Positions 48,130 through 61,939 of a stretch of 64,000 nucleotides of DNA are shown here, in pieces. The position numbers were made by a program, and so were the translations under genes. The notes beneath the pieces were generated by a model. That model was not told the origin of the DNA and did not search any database. It worked only from the letters and a program-made list of their open reading frames with translations. Position 1 is the first letter of the stretch; every line of letters starts with the position of its first letter. This stretch comes from Raja brachyura (lineage: Eukaryota), in the NCBI GenBank assembly GCA_963514005.1, contig OY740794.1, positions 42,780,001 to 42,844,000 of the forward strand. The letters run 5' to 3'.

Positions 48130-49030
48130 AATCAAGAACCAGAGGACACAGATTGATGGTGAGAGAGGAAAGATGTGATAGGAACTTGAGAGGCAACTTT
48201 TTCACGCAGCGGGTGGTGGGTATACGGCAGCAGCTGCCAGAGGAGATTGTTGAGGCAGGTTCATAACAAGAGGAATCGAACATAGAAGCAAAGAGGTCCT
48301 TCTGCAGTTGTACAGAGCCCTAGTGAGACCACACCTGGAGTATTGTGTGCAGTTTTGGTCCTCTAATTTGAGGAAGGACATTCTTTCTGTTGAGAGAGTG
48401 CAGCGTAGGTTTACAAGGTTAATTCCCTGGGTGGCGGGATTGTCATATGCTGAGAGAATGGAGCAGCTGGGCTTGTACACTCTGGAGTTTAGAAGGATGA
48501 GAGGGGATCTCATTGAAACATGTAAGATTGTTAAGGGCTTGACACGCTAGAGGCAGGAAACATGTTCCCGATGTTGGGGGAGTCCAGAACCAGGGGCCAC
48601 GGTTTAAGAATAAGGAGTAAGCCATTTAGAACAGAGACGAGGAAACACTTTTTCTCACAGAGAGCGGTGAGTCTGTGGAATTCTCTGCCTCAGAGGGCAG
48701 TGGAGGCAGGTTCTCTTTGGTGCTTTAAGAGAGAGCTAGATAGGGCTCTTAAAAATAGCGGAGTCATGGGATATGGGGAGAAGGCAGGAACGGGGTACTG
48801 ATTGGGGATGATCAGCCATGATCACATTGAATGGCGGTGCTGGCTCGAAGGGCCGAATGGCCTACTCCTGCACCTATTGTCTATTGTCTATTGTTTAAAC
48901 AATATTTGGACAGGTACATGTATAGGAAAGGTTTAGACAGTTATGGGCAAGCCCTGGGCAGGTGGGACTAGCGTAGACCAAGGACATCTTGGTCGGCATG
49001 GGCAAGTTGGGCGAAATGGCCTGTTTCCAT
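48130..49030 (+). mobile_element. Nested CR1: young copy 48259-48893 inside the 3' end of a second CR1 subfamily
   Basis: Inner: YRALVRPHLEYCVQFWS..GYGEKAGTGY with (TATTGTC)n tail; outer is homologous to 53985-54375 and 59780-60118. Confidence 0.88.
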
Positions 49031-49049
49031 GCTGTATAACTCTTATGAC

Positions 49050-49475
49050 ATGCATTAAGGTCATAAGTGATAGAAGTCGAATAAGGCCATTTGGCCCATC
49101 AAGTCTACTCCGCCATTCAATCATGGCTGATCTATCTCTCCCTCCTAACCTCATTCTCCTGCCTTCGCCTCATAACCTCTGACACCTGTACTAATCAAAA
49201 ATCAATCTATCTCTGCCTTAAAAATATCCACTGACTTGGCCTCTACAGCCTTCTGTGGTAAAGGACTCCACAGATTCACCACCCTGTGACTAAAGAAATT
49301 TCTCCTCATCCCCTTCTTAAAAGAATGTCCCTTAATTTTAAGGCAATGACCTGTAGTCCTAGACTCTCCGACTGGTGGAAACATCCTCTCCAGATCCACT
49401 CTATCCAAGCCTTTCACTATTCTGGATGTTTCAATAACGCCCCCCCCCCCCCTCATTCTTCTAAACTCCAGCGAA
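49050..49475 (-). mobile_element. CR1/HER1 LINE 3' end
   Basis: SLEFRRMRG..RVVNLWSPLPQKAVEAKSVDIFKAEID. Confidence 0.88.
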
Positions 49476-49971
49476 GTTAACACTTAAAGCCATGTGTTTG
49501 CATTGCTCTCTCTCACTGAATCTCTCAATTAATTCTTTGGCTGCAAGCCACATCCAAACATCAATATTTTGCAAGAGTTTGAAGGAGACTACAGTAGAAA
49601 AACAATAAATGAATAACAGTCTGTACTTGGAGAACTTTGAGAAACAATGGAAGCTTTTTTCAGGTTAGATAATAGAGTTCATCACAGGATAGATTACTTG
49701 CCAACCCAATTAGATAATGTGATGCCTGTGTTGGTAGGAGATCAAGTAATTTGCTACAACAAATTTGCTGTCTATTTACAGTATTTGTTCTTTTTAACTG
49801 GAGCAGTTTAACAATTTGGTTACTGAATAGGTTCTCCGTGGGGATTAACAAATGAAGTTGGAGACAATAGACATAATATGGAATGGGATAATGAGGAGCT
49901 GTCTTTCCCATGGTAAAAGTTGTGCATAAAAATGCCTTTGTGATAAAGTGGATCAAGCTGGGCACATTCGC

Positions 49972-49983
49972 ACGCACAGAGAA

Positions 49984-50014
<31 letters not shown>

Positions 50015-50070
50015 CACACAGAGAAACGCAAACACACTCAGAGAAACGCGCACATACACGCACGGAAAAA

Positions 50071-50121
<51 letters not shown>
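49972..50121. repeat. (CA)n microsatellite cluster
   Basis: Two CA runs with interruptions. Confidence 0.95.
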
Positions 50122-50126
<5 letters not shown>

Positions 50127-51087
50127 TGCACAGACAATGTCACAAAATAGGTTTTATACAAGAGACTATTTTGAACTTGCTTCATATTTGTCATTTTGAA
50201 ATAAGTTGAGAGGGGTTTGAACTTGCTCACAAGCAACCTTTGTAAACCAAACAAAAGCCTAATTTTTTCCATGGCCCACCGTTCTCTATAACCTGTGTTT
50301 TAATTTTTTTGTTCAACACTGCCTGTCAGGCTTTAATGTAGTCATGGACAAAAGCCCTTTACAGGATTGTTTCACAGACGTATGAAAGAGGTAGGATTCA
50401 ATGAGATCAGATGGTGGCGATAAGTCGTGTCTAAATCCACTGAATATGTGGTGGATAGATTGAAAAGATTTGGATAATGTGATCAAAGGATTTTTCATTT
50501 TAACTAGGTTTTTTTTAACATTATTTATCTTTTTTCTAAAATCTTTCAAATCTGCAGCTTAAAGATTTTTATTGCTAGTTGCAGAAGGGTCTATTAGTAG
50601 TATCCTATTACCACTATATGAATGAATTTTGTTCGTTGCCACATTGGAGTTGCTGAGATTTTCTTTTAGCTGAAACCTTATATGAGCTTTTAAATATATT
50701 CTGCATTAGGATGGCTTTGATGCAGTCTGACATACCATACAAATTCCCACACATCCTTATCTTCCCATCTAATAAGCAATGACTCTGTTTTTTTGTTTGA
50801 TGAAATGTGACCTCTTAAGTATTATGAGGGGATTGTAAATACTGCTACTCACAAAACAACTTTGATTAACCCTCCCCATCTCCGGCAAAGTAATCAATGT
50901 GGTGGCACTTTGTAAATCTGCCTATTTCTTTTACCTCAGTGCACGAATACATTTGGAATTGAATTTCTGCAGGAATATTCTTGCAAAGATAGTGTGTTCA
51001 AATATATCAGGGTGGTTCGAGAGCCTAGCCTTCACCATTCACCATTGAGCCTGGTTTTATAACCAGAGCAGACGGAGTCATTTTAAG

Positions 51088-51294
51088 TGTGTCGGAAGGG
51101 ACCGCAGATAATGGTTTACCTCAAAGATGGACACAAAATGCTTTGGAGTAACTCAGCGGGTCAGGCAACATCTCTGGAGAAAAGGAATAGATGACGTTTT
51201 GGGTTGAGACCCTTCTTCAGACCCTTGGGTCGCCTTTTTCCCAGAGATGCTTCCTGATCTGCTGAGTTACTCCTGGATTTTGTGCCTATCTTCG
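51088..51294. mobile_element. Penelope pLTR fold-back
   Basis: Inverted arms; imperfect TSD GTCATTTTAAGTG / GTTATTTTATGTG. Confidence 0.75.
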
Positions 51295-52556
51295 AAGTTA
51301 TTTTATGTGCTCCCTTATTTGTCGATATAGGCAAATCAATTTTCAGCCCCGACCCCTCCCATCTGCAATTTGTGGATCAAGATATGTGGCCTACCCACCC
51401 TTCCCTTCCACTCCTGTCACCAAAACAAATTTCTTCTGGCTGAGCAGAACTTAAAACTAAGGTGAAGAAAGAATCAAAAAACGGAGGTAGGCGGAAGAGA
51501 AGGCAGGGCATTGGAGAAGGAAGCAGAGCTCTCTGAGCTTGAGAGGAAAGGAAGGAGGTCACCACAGTTGACCAAGGCAGAGAGGTGATCATGGGGAGAA
51601 TGTACAAACTTGGTACAGACAGCATCCGTGGTCAGGATTGAACCCAGAGCTCTGGCGCAGTAAGGCAGCAGCTCTACTGCTACGCCATCAGGCCACCCAA
51701 TGTCAGAGGCCAGAGAATGGGTGATGTGGATAATGGAACATGTCGCACTGATGCACTGGGGGATACTGTTGTGAGGTTTGGCCTAGGATCATTATTGATG
51801 CAAGAAGGGGTTGTAACTGGATATTATACATTTCCTGATCTGGGAATGCTTGACATAAGCATTCAGCACAGGGGAAGGAAGGATTCCATTCCACAGTTCT
51901 AACCCTTCTAGCCTAGACAAGCTCAAAGAAAAATGCACATTTCTTGGGCATGAAGTGCACACAGAAAATAGATGGATTGAACAAAATGGTTCTGCTTTTA
52001 ACAAACATGGGTTAGGAGGGAGAGATAGATCAGCCATGATTGAATGGTGGGGTAGACTTGATAGGCCGAATGGCCTAATTCTGCTCCTATCACGTATGAA
52101 CGTATGACACACCATAAGATGGCCAAGCCTCAAGTGCTGAAGGCTGCTCTCAATGCGTAATCTACACAGCAGTTCCCTGCAGCAGTGGATCAGAAATATG
52201 ATTCAATTTGTGCTACAATTTGCTGTTTAAACCTGAATATTATGCAGTTGTGGCAATTTCTCAAATCGTAGGTAGTTCAACCCAGATCAATCGCTGTGAT
52301 TTGGAAAATACACCTTCTACGAAATTGATTTTATATTCTGCTTATTTGTGACCTCTCCATGCTCTCCCTGAATTTCAGATGCATGTATTATTTTTGTTGC
52401 GGGTGCTTAATGGGAGTCATTTATCTGAAAGGCCGGTGGTAATTTGTCAGGCTTATTTAAGTGTGTGTGACAACACAGCACTCTGCAAATGTCTTGGGAA
52501 GAACTTAGTTACATCAGTGTGTGAAGGAGTCCTCAGAATAATCTTTCATGACATGG

Positions 52557-52675
52557 TGTGTAAGAAGGAACTGCAGATGCAGGTTTAAACCGTAGACACA
52601 AAAAGCTGGAGTAACTCAGGGAGCATCTCTGGAGAGAAGGAATGGGTGACGTTTCAGGTCGAGACCCTTCTTCAT
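52557..52675 (-). mobile_element. Penelope pLTR single arm
   Basis: Flanked by TTCATGACATGGTG / TTCATGACTTGGTG. Confidence 0.75.
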
Positions 52676-53047
52676 GACTTGGTGAACTCTTTTATGTCAA
52701 AAGAATGTCAAAATCTCTAATGTAATATGGGATGTGATGCATAGGCTTTTTTTATTTGAAAGAATCTTCCTTCAGGGTCTATAATAATGATGGAACTTCT
52801 CTTGGAAAGCTGCAATGGGATTCTTACCGGAACTTTAATTAAAGGTGTTCACGGGCTTTTGCAAGTATGTTCAAGTCAACTGTCTCCTCAGGAAACTGTT
52901 CCAAAGATAACCTTGGCTTTCCACACTAAAGTGAGCTGTGCAGAGTAAAGGAATACAGGCTGTGATTACAGATGTGCCCTGTGCTTTATTGCTTTTCCAC
53001 ATTTCTCAGCCAGTTCCTCTGAAGCCAGGCACGGATTTGTGCTGTGG

Positions 53048-53545
53048 ATAGACACAAAAAGCTGGAGTAACTCAGTGGGTCAGACTGAGAAAAACAATAG
53101 ATGATGTTTCAGGTCGAGACCATTCTTCAGACTGAGAGTCTGGGGAAAGTGAAATGAGAGATATAGACGGTGATATAGAGAGATATAGAACAAATAATGC
53201 AAAAATAAGCAAAAAATGTAATGATGATAAAGGAAACAGGCCATTGTTTGCTGTGGGCTAGGTGAAAATGAGTTCCAGACAATGAAACTGACCAGGATGA
53301 CATTGAAACAACAAGGGTGGGGGTGGGATGGAGAGAGAGTGGGTGCAGGGATTACTCGAAGTTAGAGAAATCAATACATACCACTGGGTTGTAAGCTGCC
53401 CAAGCAAAATATGAGGTGCTATTCCTACAAATTTGCATTTTGCCTCATTCTTTCAATGGAGGAGGCCCAGGACAGAAAGGTCAGTGTGGGAATGGGAAGG
53501 GGTATTCAAGTGTTTGGCAACTGGGAGATCAGGTAGGCCCATGCG
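53048..53545 (-). mobile_element. Penelope 3' fragment
   Basis: Minus strand gives PDLPVAKHLNTPSHSHTDLSVLGLLH..LIFCLGSLQP then pLTR. Confidence 0.85.
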
Positions 53546-53984
53546 GATTTTTGTTGATGGATGGGCTGCAAATGAAATCATCATCTGCTGCAACATTGTT
53601 CTCCACATCCCCCCTCAAGTTAATGTGACCTCCAGTGTAGATGAGCTTAACAGATTCTGCAGTGCGGTTGAGAAAAGCTCCAGCTAGTTGAAAAACTCAG
53701 AGCTTTACATTACTCTTGTGCACTGCTTCACATCACAACCAAATTATTCAAACCTGGAGTATGCTAACAAGAAGAAAATTGCTCGTGTTTCAGCAGGACC
53801 AACATTGATACAGCTTTCTATTTGAGCTTGAGGAGGGTACTAAAACATGCAAGAGTGAGCAGTGGCCATTTCAAGGTTCAAGGTTTGTTTATTGTCACGC
53901 GTACCAATTAAGGTACAGATTGCCATACAGTTGTACTAATAAAGAGCAGCAGTAAAAAGGGACTATAGATGCTTATTTATACCA

Positions 53985-54375
53985 AAGATCTTATAGATGT
54001 GTATAAGACCATGAGATGTATAGATAGGATAAATGCACAGAGCCTTCTGCACAGTCTTTTATCCAGAGTAAGGGAATCAAGAACCACAGGACAAAGGTTT
54101 CATGTGTGGGGGAAAAGATTTCATAAAAACCTGAGGTGCAAGTTTTGTACACAAAGAGTGGTAGGTATATGGAACAAGGTATATGGAACAGAGCAGATAG
54201 TTGAGGCAGGTACTATTGCAACGTTTAAAAAAACAACTGTATAGGTACATGGATAGGATAGGTTTATAAGAATATGGGTCAAACACAGATAGGTGGGACT
54301 AGTGTGAGTGGGGCATCGTTGTCTGCATGGGCAAGTTGGGACGAAGGGCCTGTTTTTACCCTGTTTGACTATGAC
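53985..54375 (+). mobile_element. CR1 LINE 3' end
   Basis: DLIDVYKTMRCIDRINAQSL..TQRVVGIWN. Confidence 0.8.
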
Positions 54376-55237
54376 TTCCGTGAAAGGTCTCCTAGTAAGT
54401 CAGACTTTGCTCATCAGCCGTCGTTTGCATGGAATTTTATCTCCCGACTCTAAAGGCTATTCATTTGTTGTGATTTGAGTGTTGCCTGCTGATTTTCAGG
54501 TTGAGCCCATCAGACCTCCCGAATCTTCTACAATTAGTGCCGTCAGCCAACTTCCAGTAAATACCAGATAATGGGCAATAGATGTTTGTAAGTGGTTCTG
54601 TTGGATACTGAAGCACAGCACTTGTAAACTTTCCCATGGTCACACAACATCCTGGAAACTTATGAGCAGACCTTGGGGAAATCAATAAAGCAGTTTAGCT
54701 CCATCTCCAAAACAGACGTAGGGTACTTTTGTCTTTTTTCAGCATCAAAAAATACAAAAAAGCTCAAAATCCTTCCCTCCATCCTCAGTATCATTACTTG
54801 GGAAAGTTGCCATGGAAAATAAGCAATGAGATTGTTTGAGGCAATTGGCCGGTAGACCTGTGTGAAACAGCTTAGGACAAAATCTTGGACCACCTCCCTC
54901 TTATTATTCTACAGTGTACATCGATTCAAACCAATGGTACCTGAATTGAAAATGTGTGGAGGTTGACCCAGGATTTCCATTTGAGACCACACCCACCCTG
55001 CATTTCAAAGCGGTGCCAAAGGGTCTCCAACCTAAAACTCTCTTTCTCATTTCTCACAGATGCCGCTGGCATTTTGAGTGTTCCCATCATTTTATATTTT
55101 TACTTTGGTCAATTGTCTTCAGGTCTCTTTAACCAGTGGCTTCTGGCGAGCGAACTTTCTCCACGGCTGTTTCATTTAGCAGGGTTTTAATCTCCATTGA
55201 AGAGGATGCCCTGAGTAGACGACAAACCATGGGACTG

Positions 55238-55340
55238 AGTACCATTCAGTACTTCAGTACCATTCAGTACCTTAGTACCATTCAGTACTTGGTACCATTC
55301 AGTACCTCAGTACCATTCAGTAACTCAGTACCATTCACTA
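55238..55340. repeat. 18-bp minisatellite (AGTACCATTCAGTACYTC, ~5.7 copies)
   Basis: Direct tandem units visible. Confidence 0.9.
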
Positions 55341-56451
55341 CCTGTTCATGGGTGTGCTAACACGGTATGTTCCATAATAATGCACAGAATTATGCCTAGC
55401 TCATAATTATTAATGTGTTTCTCTTTTCTCTTTCTCTTCTCGGTCCTTCTTGATGGTTGCTGGTCTCCCTCAACATTATATGCTGTTATCACCTTCACCG
55501 TTCAGGTAAGCTTGATTCAAGTCTGATATAGAAAAAGACACTTTATATATTGTATATTAACAAAATATATTAACATTACATATTAACAAAAAAGTTACTA
55601 TTTTAAAGCCTCAGGTGATGTCTTAACATAGTTAACCTAGTCAACATATATGGCACGATATAGCCTTGCAATAACATCCAGATTATTGTCTACCTGCACT
55701 CCCAAACTCGTAAATACTTCAGGCATAGCTCTAAGATGGTGGTTGTCTCATCCACGTGGCTTTTATCCTGCTGTAATGGTGAGAGCAGGTTAACTGTCTA
55801 AAAATACGGAAGGTCATTGACTCAGCCGACTAATTCTTTCCTCGGTGTCCACACAAGCATGTCCCAGCAAGGGACGCTGATCAATGTGTCCCTCCTTAAT
55901 GTGTAGACATTGTGACCTGCTGCTGCTGCTGCCACAGTGGACCAATTAACTCTGCATTGATTGAACATAACACTGGTCGAATGTGTGTGGCCCAGAAATC
56001 ACAACTACGTCCTTGGTCAATGGGAAAGCCTGAGGCTTCACTTGTTAACGTGGTCAATTTTAGTTTAGATGTATTTGTGTTTGTTTGGGGAAAGCTGCCT
56101 TTACAGAAACATTTACTCGGTTATTCTGAGCATTTGTTGAATATTTGTTTTAATGTGTTTTCAAGGACTTGCATTTACACTTCATGTCTTTGTATATTTT
56201 GATTGCACACTGTAGGGGAACATATTAGCATATATTTTGTGATATTGCTAAATATATTGCAGTCTTGATGCCTGAAACAAATTGGCTTGGGCGGCCGATT
56301 TTCCTTTAGGAGTTCAGAATTTGCTCATTTAATTAGAGTTAATTTCTGCAACAGTAAATAAAGAGTGAGAAAGAAATAGGTTTCATTTCCATTGAAAATC
56401 TGCCCATGGAGCCAGGTCTGTGTCTTTCAAGGAGATGATACCCTTTATCAT

Positions 56452-56823
56452 CTTAGTTTAGTCTATTGTCACATGTACTGAGGTGCAGTGAAAAGCTTTT
56501 TGTTGCACTCTATCCAGTCAGCGGAAAGACTATACATGATTACAACCAAGCCCCCCACAGTGTACAAATACAGGGCAAAAGGAATACAGTTTAGTGCAAT
56601 ATAAAGTCCGGAGAAGTCTGACAGTGAAATGGCGTTACACAGTAAGGCAGAAGTCGGCAACCTACGGCCCCGGGCTGAATGCGAATGGTAACCTAAAATC
56701 ATCTGGTCCGCAGGCGGGTTTTTTCCCCCATAATCACCAGGCCCGCCGAGCACGGCCCAGCGCCGAGCATGGCCAAGGTCTGGCGGTACCGCATCCTGCG
56801 CAAAGCTGTCGGCACGGCCACGC
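56452..56823 (-). mobile_element. Rex-tailed element with GC-rich non-coding body
   Basis: 3' UTR matches 45450-45595; the upstream body is GC-rich and not RT-like. Confidence 0.6.
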
Positions 56824-56839
56824 ACCTTCTGTGAACACG

Positions 56840-56968
56840 CTTAAGAAAGAACTGCAGATGCTGGAAAAATCGAAGGTAGACACAAATGCTGGAGAAACTC
56901 AGCGGGTGAGACATGCAAGGATTGCATGAGGCTGCCTCACCCGCTGAGGTTCTCCAGCATTCTTGTCT
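56840..56968. mobile_element. Penelope pLTR fold-back
   Basis: 16-bp direct repeat ACCTTCTGTGAACACG at 56824-39 / 56969-84. Confidence 0.8.
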
Positions 56969-57204
56969 ACCTTCTGTGAACACGTGCTTTGATGCCTGCC
57001 ATTCGAGATGGGATCCATGTGTACATGTGATAGATGTGGCCCACCATCTGCTCACAGACATGCATCCTGGCCCCTATGCAGAACAAGGTTGCCGACCCCT
57101 ACAGTAAGGGATGAACTGGTCTCACCTATTTTAACCAGAATTTTCCTCTCCTCATAGTTTTTGTTCAACTTAATTAGTATATTGTCAAACACAGAGTCTG
57201 TAGA

Positions 57205-57375
57205 ATCAAGAGACTGCAGATGCTGGTTTACCATGAAAAGGCACAAAAAAGCTGGAATAACTCAGTGGGTTAGGCAGCATCCCTGGAGAACGTTGAGATC
57301 GAGACCCTTCTTCAATATACATCAGACTGAAGAAGGGTGCTGACCCGAAACGTCAATTCTCCAGGGATGTTGCCC
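57205..57375. mobile_element. Penelope pLTR fold-back with intact hammerhead core
   Basis: CTGAAGA-AGGGTGCTGACCC-GAAAC-GTC at ~57327-57354. Confidence 0.75.
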
Positions 57376-58319
57376 TGAAACATTCACAATGGTTGTGTTT
57401 TAAAATGTAATGATTTTGTAAAAGATGTTTTCAATATTCCTTGATTTTATTTTACATTTGAATTTTGGAAGTTGGGGTAATTCGCTGGAAATGGGTTTTT
57501 ATCACCAAACGAAAATTGCTGATTTAAAAAAAAATCATACCTCAATCCACCATCTTTGAGTATCCAAATGTTATGTAATTTGAAAGTTACACTAGTGCAG
57601 AATTATTTTGCCACGTCTATTTGTGTACACTTGTCAACGTATAAATTTCTAAAGTAATATTTAGAAGCTTTTAGAGTGATTTGGTGTGCAGCCTATTTTT
57701 GGAGCCTTCTCCGAGGTCTAATACAAGTATAAACAAGGGTGTCAGGGTTTCTGGGGAGGGCAGGAGAATGGGGTTGAGAGGGAAAGATAAATCAACCATG
57801 TTGAGTAGACTTGATGGGCCGAATGGCCTAATTCTGTATATACTAATTCTCCTATAACTTAACTTAAGTGCAGTCAGTGATAATTTCAAAGAGCAATTCA
57901 TTTAGCTCAGAGCAAGGGCACATCTGTCAGAAGGGCAATGTTTTTTTTTGGTCAAATTCTTATACTAGTGGGAACGTAATGTGTCCTGAATTTGCATGGT
58001 GCTTCAAATTTTACAAACTTTGAGCCAATTTCAGGTTAATTATGCGGTAGAATTCAGGGCTAGCTCGTTCTCTCACTGTGAAAGTCTTTTACTGCAGCAT
58101 ATTGATGGTCCCGTACTTCAGCGCTCACCAGTATCAATCATGCCAGTCATTAACACAGTAAGGAGCTAAAATGTTCTCAGTCAGTAGTGCTGAACATGCA
58201 CTTGGTGCCCAAAATGTGCTTGCATTCGACTACAGTGCAGGGTCACCGTTATCATTATGTTATTATTACCAGTGGAGGACATATTTCTAAACAGTGGCTT
58301 CTTTCCGACAACAAAGAAC

Positions 58320-58635
58320 AGCATGGTGGCGTAGCGGTAGAGCTACTGCCTTACAGTGCCAGAGACCCGGGTTCAATCCTGACTACGGGTGCTTGTTTTT
58401 ACGGAGTTTGTATGTTTTCCCCGTGACCTGCGTGGGTTTTTTCCGAGATCTTCAGTTTCCAACCACTCTCCAAAGATGTACAGGTTTTGTAGGTTAATTG
58501 GCTTGGAATAAATGTAAATTGTCCCTAGTGTGTATAGGATAGTGTTGGTGTGCGGGGATCGCTGGTTGGTGTGGACTCGATGGGCCGAAGGGCCTGTTTC
58601 CGCGTTGTATCTCTAAACTAAAAAACTAAACTAAA
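58320..58635 (+). mobile_element. HE1-type V-SINE
   Basis: Head, core and (TAAAC)n tail. Confidence 0.9.
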
Positions 58636-59779
58636 CATAGTCAGCAAATAGAGGGAGAATCTAGGAACAGTTCTTCATCTCCTTTGTCCAAACAACAAAA
58701 AACGTAATTAAATAATGTTTTGACAGCAGCCTACTGTTTGATCCACTGCGACATCTCATCCAGAATTGCCAGCATTCGATGCAGTGCTTCATTGTCATTT
58801 CCAGTTGTCCTTTTCACCCCGATAGCTGTCATTCCTGTCTCTCTCCCATCCTGTCGTTGACTACACCGGCCTCCAGCTCTATTTATTTCAGGTAAACTTT
58901 CACCTTCCCACCTTTTGCATCCATTTGGATTCCGTAGAGGCCTGCATCTTAAATGTCTCGCTTGCCTCTTCAAATTTAGTTAAATCTACAATGCCTTTCC
59001 TACACTTTTCCTTCTGGACTAGTTGCAGAATGCATTTTTTAAATTTCTGAGGAAGAGGATACCCTGGCGATTGTGGAATTTTCTCATCGCTTTTATGTGA
59101 CGGAAAGACTTTCAAATGGATAACATAGCACTGGGATGCCTTTCTCTGAGTGAAGGGGCGGACAGAAAGGAAACCAGAAATCATTTTTCGTCGTCGCTAT
59201 AATTGCATATTGAGAAGAAAATAAATACAGACGTGAAATTGTTGAAAAGGATAAGTGTCACAGTGTTAAAAACATATTCAAGGTCAGTTTATTGTATATT
59301 TCCACTCATGTTCTCAAGTGGACAATAAGTTCACAGAGATTGGCGGTGCATGCAGACCAGCTATTAGATTATTTGATGCACCTGTATTGTTACTGCCCCT
59401 GTGCTCCTGTATTCAGAGGTCATTCACTCTTGAATTTCTTCACTTCGAGTAGTAGTAGTATTGCAGTTAATCTCCCTGCATTATCAATGTGGCATCAGTT
59501 TGGTTCTGAAGGAACGGAGGGGTGTACATCATGTGCAGGCAGATTATATCAGTTTATCATGCCATTGTGTTTGGCCCAGACATGGTGGGCTGAATGGCCT
59601 GTTCCTGTGCTGCACTGTGTTATGTTCTATATTGCAGTCAGTGAATTCAGGATTGTGACTCGAAACATCACCCATCAATGTTCTCCAGAGATGCTGCCTG
59701 ACCTGCTGAGTTACTCCAACACTTTGTGTCGTTGTCATCTGGTGTCTGCTATATCCACACTGGCCAGTAAAATCATCAG

Positions 59780-60118
59780 ATGAATAGATTGGGTAGATGC
59801 AGAGTCTCTTGCCCAGAGTAGGTGAATCAGAGACCAGAGGACATAGGTTTCAGGTGGAGGAGAAAAGATTTATTAGGAATCTGAGGGTTAACTTTTTTAC
59901 ACAAAGGGTGGTAGGTGTATGGAACAAGCCACCAGGAGGTAGTTGAGGCAGGGAGTATCCCTTTTAAGAAACAGTTAGACAGGTACATTGATAGGACAGG
60001 TTTGGAGGGATATGGACCAAACACGGGGAGGTGTGACTTGTGTAGCTAGGACAAGATGGTCGGTGTGGGCAAGTTGGGCCGAACGGCTTGTTTTCACACA
60101 GTATCTGTCACTCTATGA
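59780..60118 (+). mobile_element. CR1 LINE 3' end
   Basis: Same subfamily as 53985-54375. Confidence 0.8.
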
Positions 60119-60892
60119 ATCCATAGCAGGTGTGGGTAAAGTAGAAACCAGTTGACTAGGACACAAAGTAGTTAAGCTAGTTCACTCCGTCTTTGATTAC
60201 CTCAGAGATCCATCAACAGGGTTTTTACGAGTGAGAGCCTGAGGCAATTTTATGCCAGTCATGTCCCTTAGTCACTTGGACAGTAACACAGTTTTAACCA
60301 GAACCTTGAATGATAAAGGCTCCTTGGCAATTTTATCAGGAGGTGCCAAATGTGGACTGCTTGTCCCAAACCAAAGAATCTCCAATCTGAAGATTAAAGA
60401 AATCAGATGAATCTTCATATCCGTTTAAGCAAAATGGAACTGACAACCTGCTCTAAACTGCACAGCATGCAATGGAATTTCTCTAGCGACTGCTCTAAAT
60501 GTCTTGCATGGTCCCTTGATCTTTATCTTTCAAAAAGTGTAAATCGTCTGTGGTCATATAATAATATTAAAAATTTCTATCATATTCTCTGCAGTCTTAA
60601 AGTCCACAAGATCAAATGTAATTATTTTTCATCTTTAACATTAGAAATGTGATATTGGGCACCATGTCTCTGACTACAGTCAGTCCTGATATGAGCTGAG
60701 TGCTCATTCAGTTCCGACGGAGAGCCCTGTGGTATTCCTTACCAACAGTTTAATTTAATTCAATTTTGTTTAATTTAAACTGCGTACAGTGACTAATTGC
60801 CATGACAGTTTTCCGTGTGATTGTGTTGATATAAGGAAGATCATGACACAAGTAAACCCTTTCTAGCCCTTGATGCAAACACTTCGCAACGT

Positions 60893-61167
60893 GAAGTTGC
60901 TGCCTTACAGCGAATGCAGCGCCGAAGACCCGGGTTCAATCCCGACTACGAGTGCTGACTGTACGGAGTTTCTACGTTCTCCCCGTGACCGCATGGGTTT
61001 TCTCCGAGATCTTCGTTTCCTCCCATTCTCCAAAGACGTACAAGTTTGTAGGTTAATTGGCTTGGTATAAATGTAAATTGTCCCTTGTGTGTTAATGTGC
61101 AGGGATCGCTGTTCGGTGGGCCGAAGGGCCTGTTTCTGCGCTGTATCTGTAAACTAAACTAAACTAA
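60893..61167 (+). mobile_element. HE1-type V-SINE
   Basis: Truncated head with GAATGCAGC insertion, core, tail. Confidence 0.87.
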
Positions 61168-61169
61168 AA

Positions 61170-61348
61170 AAGGAACAGGTAACATTTCAGGTCAAGATCC
61201 TTCTTCAGACCCTTTGTCTGAAGAAGAGTCTCGACATGAAATGTCACCTACTCCTTCTCTCCAGAAATGCAGTCGGGCCTGCTGAGTTACTCCAGCTTTT
61301 TGTGTCTATCTTCGGTTTAAACTAGCATCTGCAGTTCCTTCCTACACA
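61170..61348. mobile_element. Penelope pLTR fold-back
   Basis: CTTCTTCAGAC..GTCTGAAGAAG centre and sense-arm tail. Confidence 0.78.
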
Positions 61349-61939
61349 TGATAGGCGAGCAGTTCAGGTACATTCAGCTGACGTTTGCCAGCAAGGTTAA
61401 AGACTATTGTTACGGAGAGGGCTAGCTATTTTTTAAGGTCGTTCTGCAGTTTTTCTCTATTTACACATTTTTTGATTTATGAACTTTTGCTTTCATGGAA
61501 TTGTTTTTTTGGTGTACAATTTATGCCTATTTTTTAGATGTCTGATAAGGAGAGAAGAGGAGTGAAATGTAAAGCCAGAGGGAGGATTTCAGATGGAAGC
61601 AGAGAGAAGGTGGGGGAGGGCAGTGTAATGGAAGAAATACATGCACACATCAGGGTGTAGAGTAGACACAGCCAAGGGAGAGAGGTGCTACGGAGGGTAT
61701 TATGTAAAATGGGAGCATTCGGAATACATGCCGCTGTCGTCATGTGGCAATGGACTGCAAACAGTTTACCGCTGCTTTACTCCAGCACTCTGCGTTTGGC
61801 TCCAGATTCCAGCATCTATAGTTCCTTTTGTCTTCAAAGTCTGCTGTAAGATGCAGTAACCCTCTATCAAATGTGTCCCTAACACATTTCTATTTGATGG
61901 AATTTGCAATGCATAATTTGGCAGAAGGCCACATAGTTC

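Noticed and set aside
49660-50272. HT/CV dipeptide ORFs
   Set aside because: Translation of the (CA)n microsatellite.
55238-55340. CRISPR-like periodic repeat
   Set aside because: No unique spacers; a simple minisatellite in eukaryotic DNA.
58731-59184. Two overlapping minus-strand ORFs suggestive of a pseudogene
   Set aside because: No recognisable family; lengths are compatible with chance.
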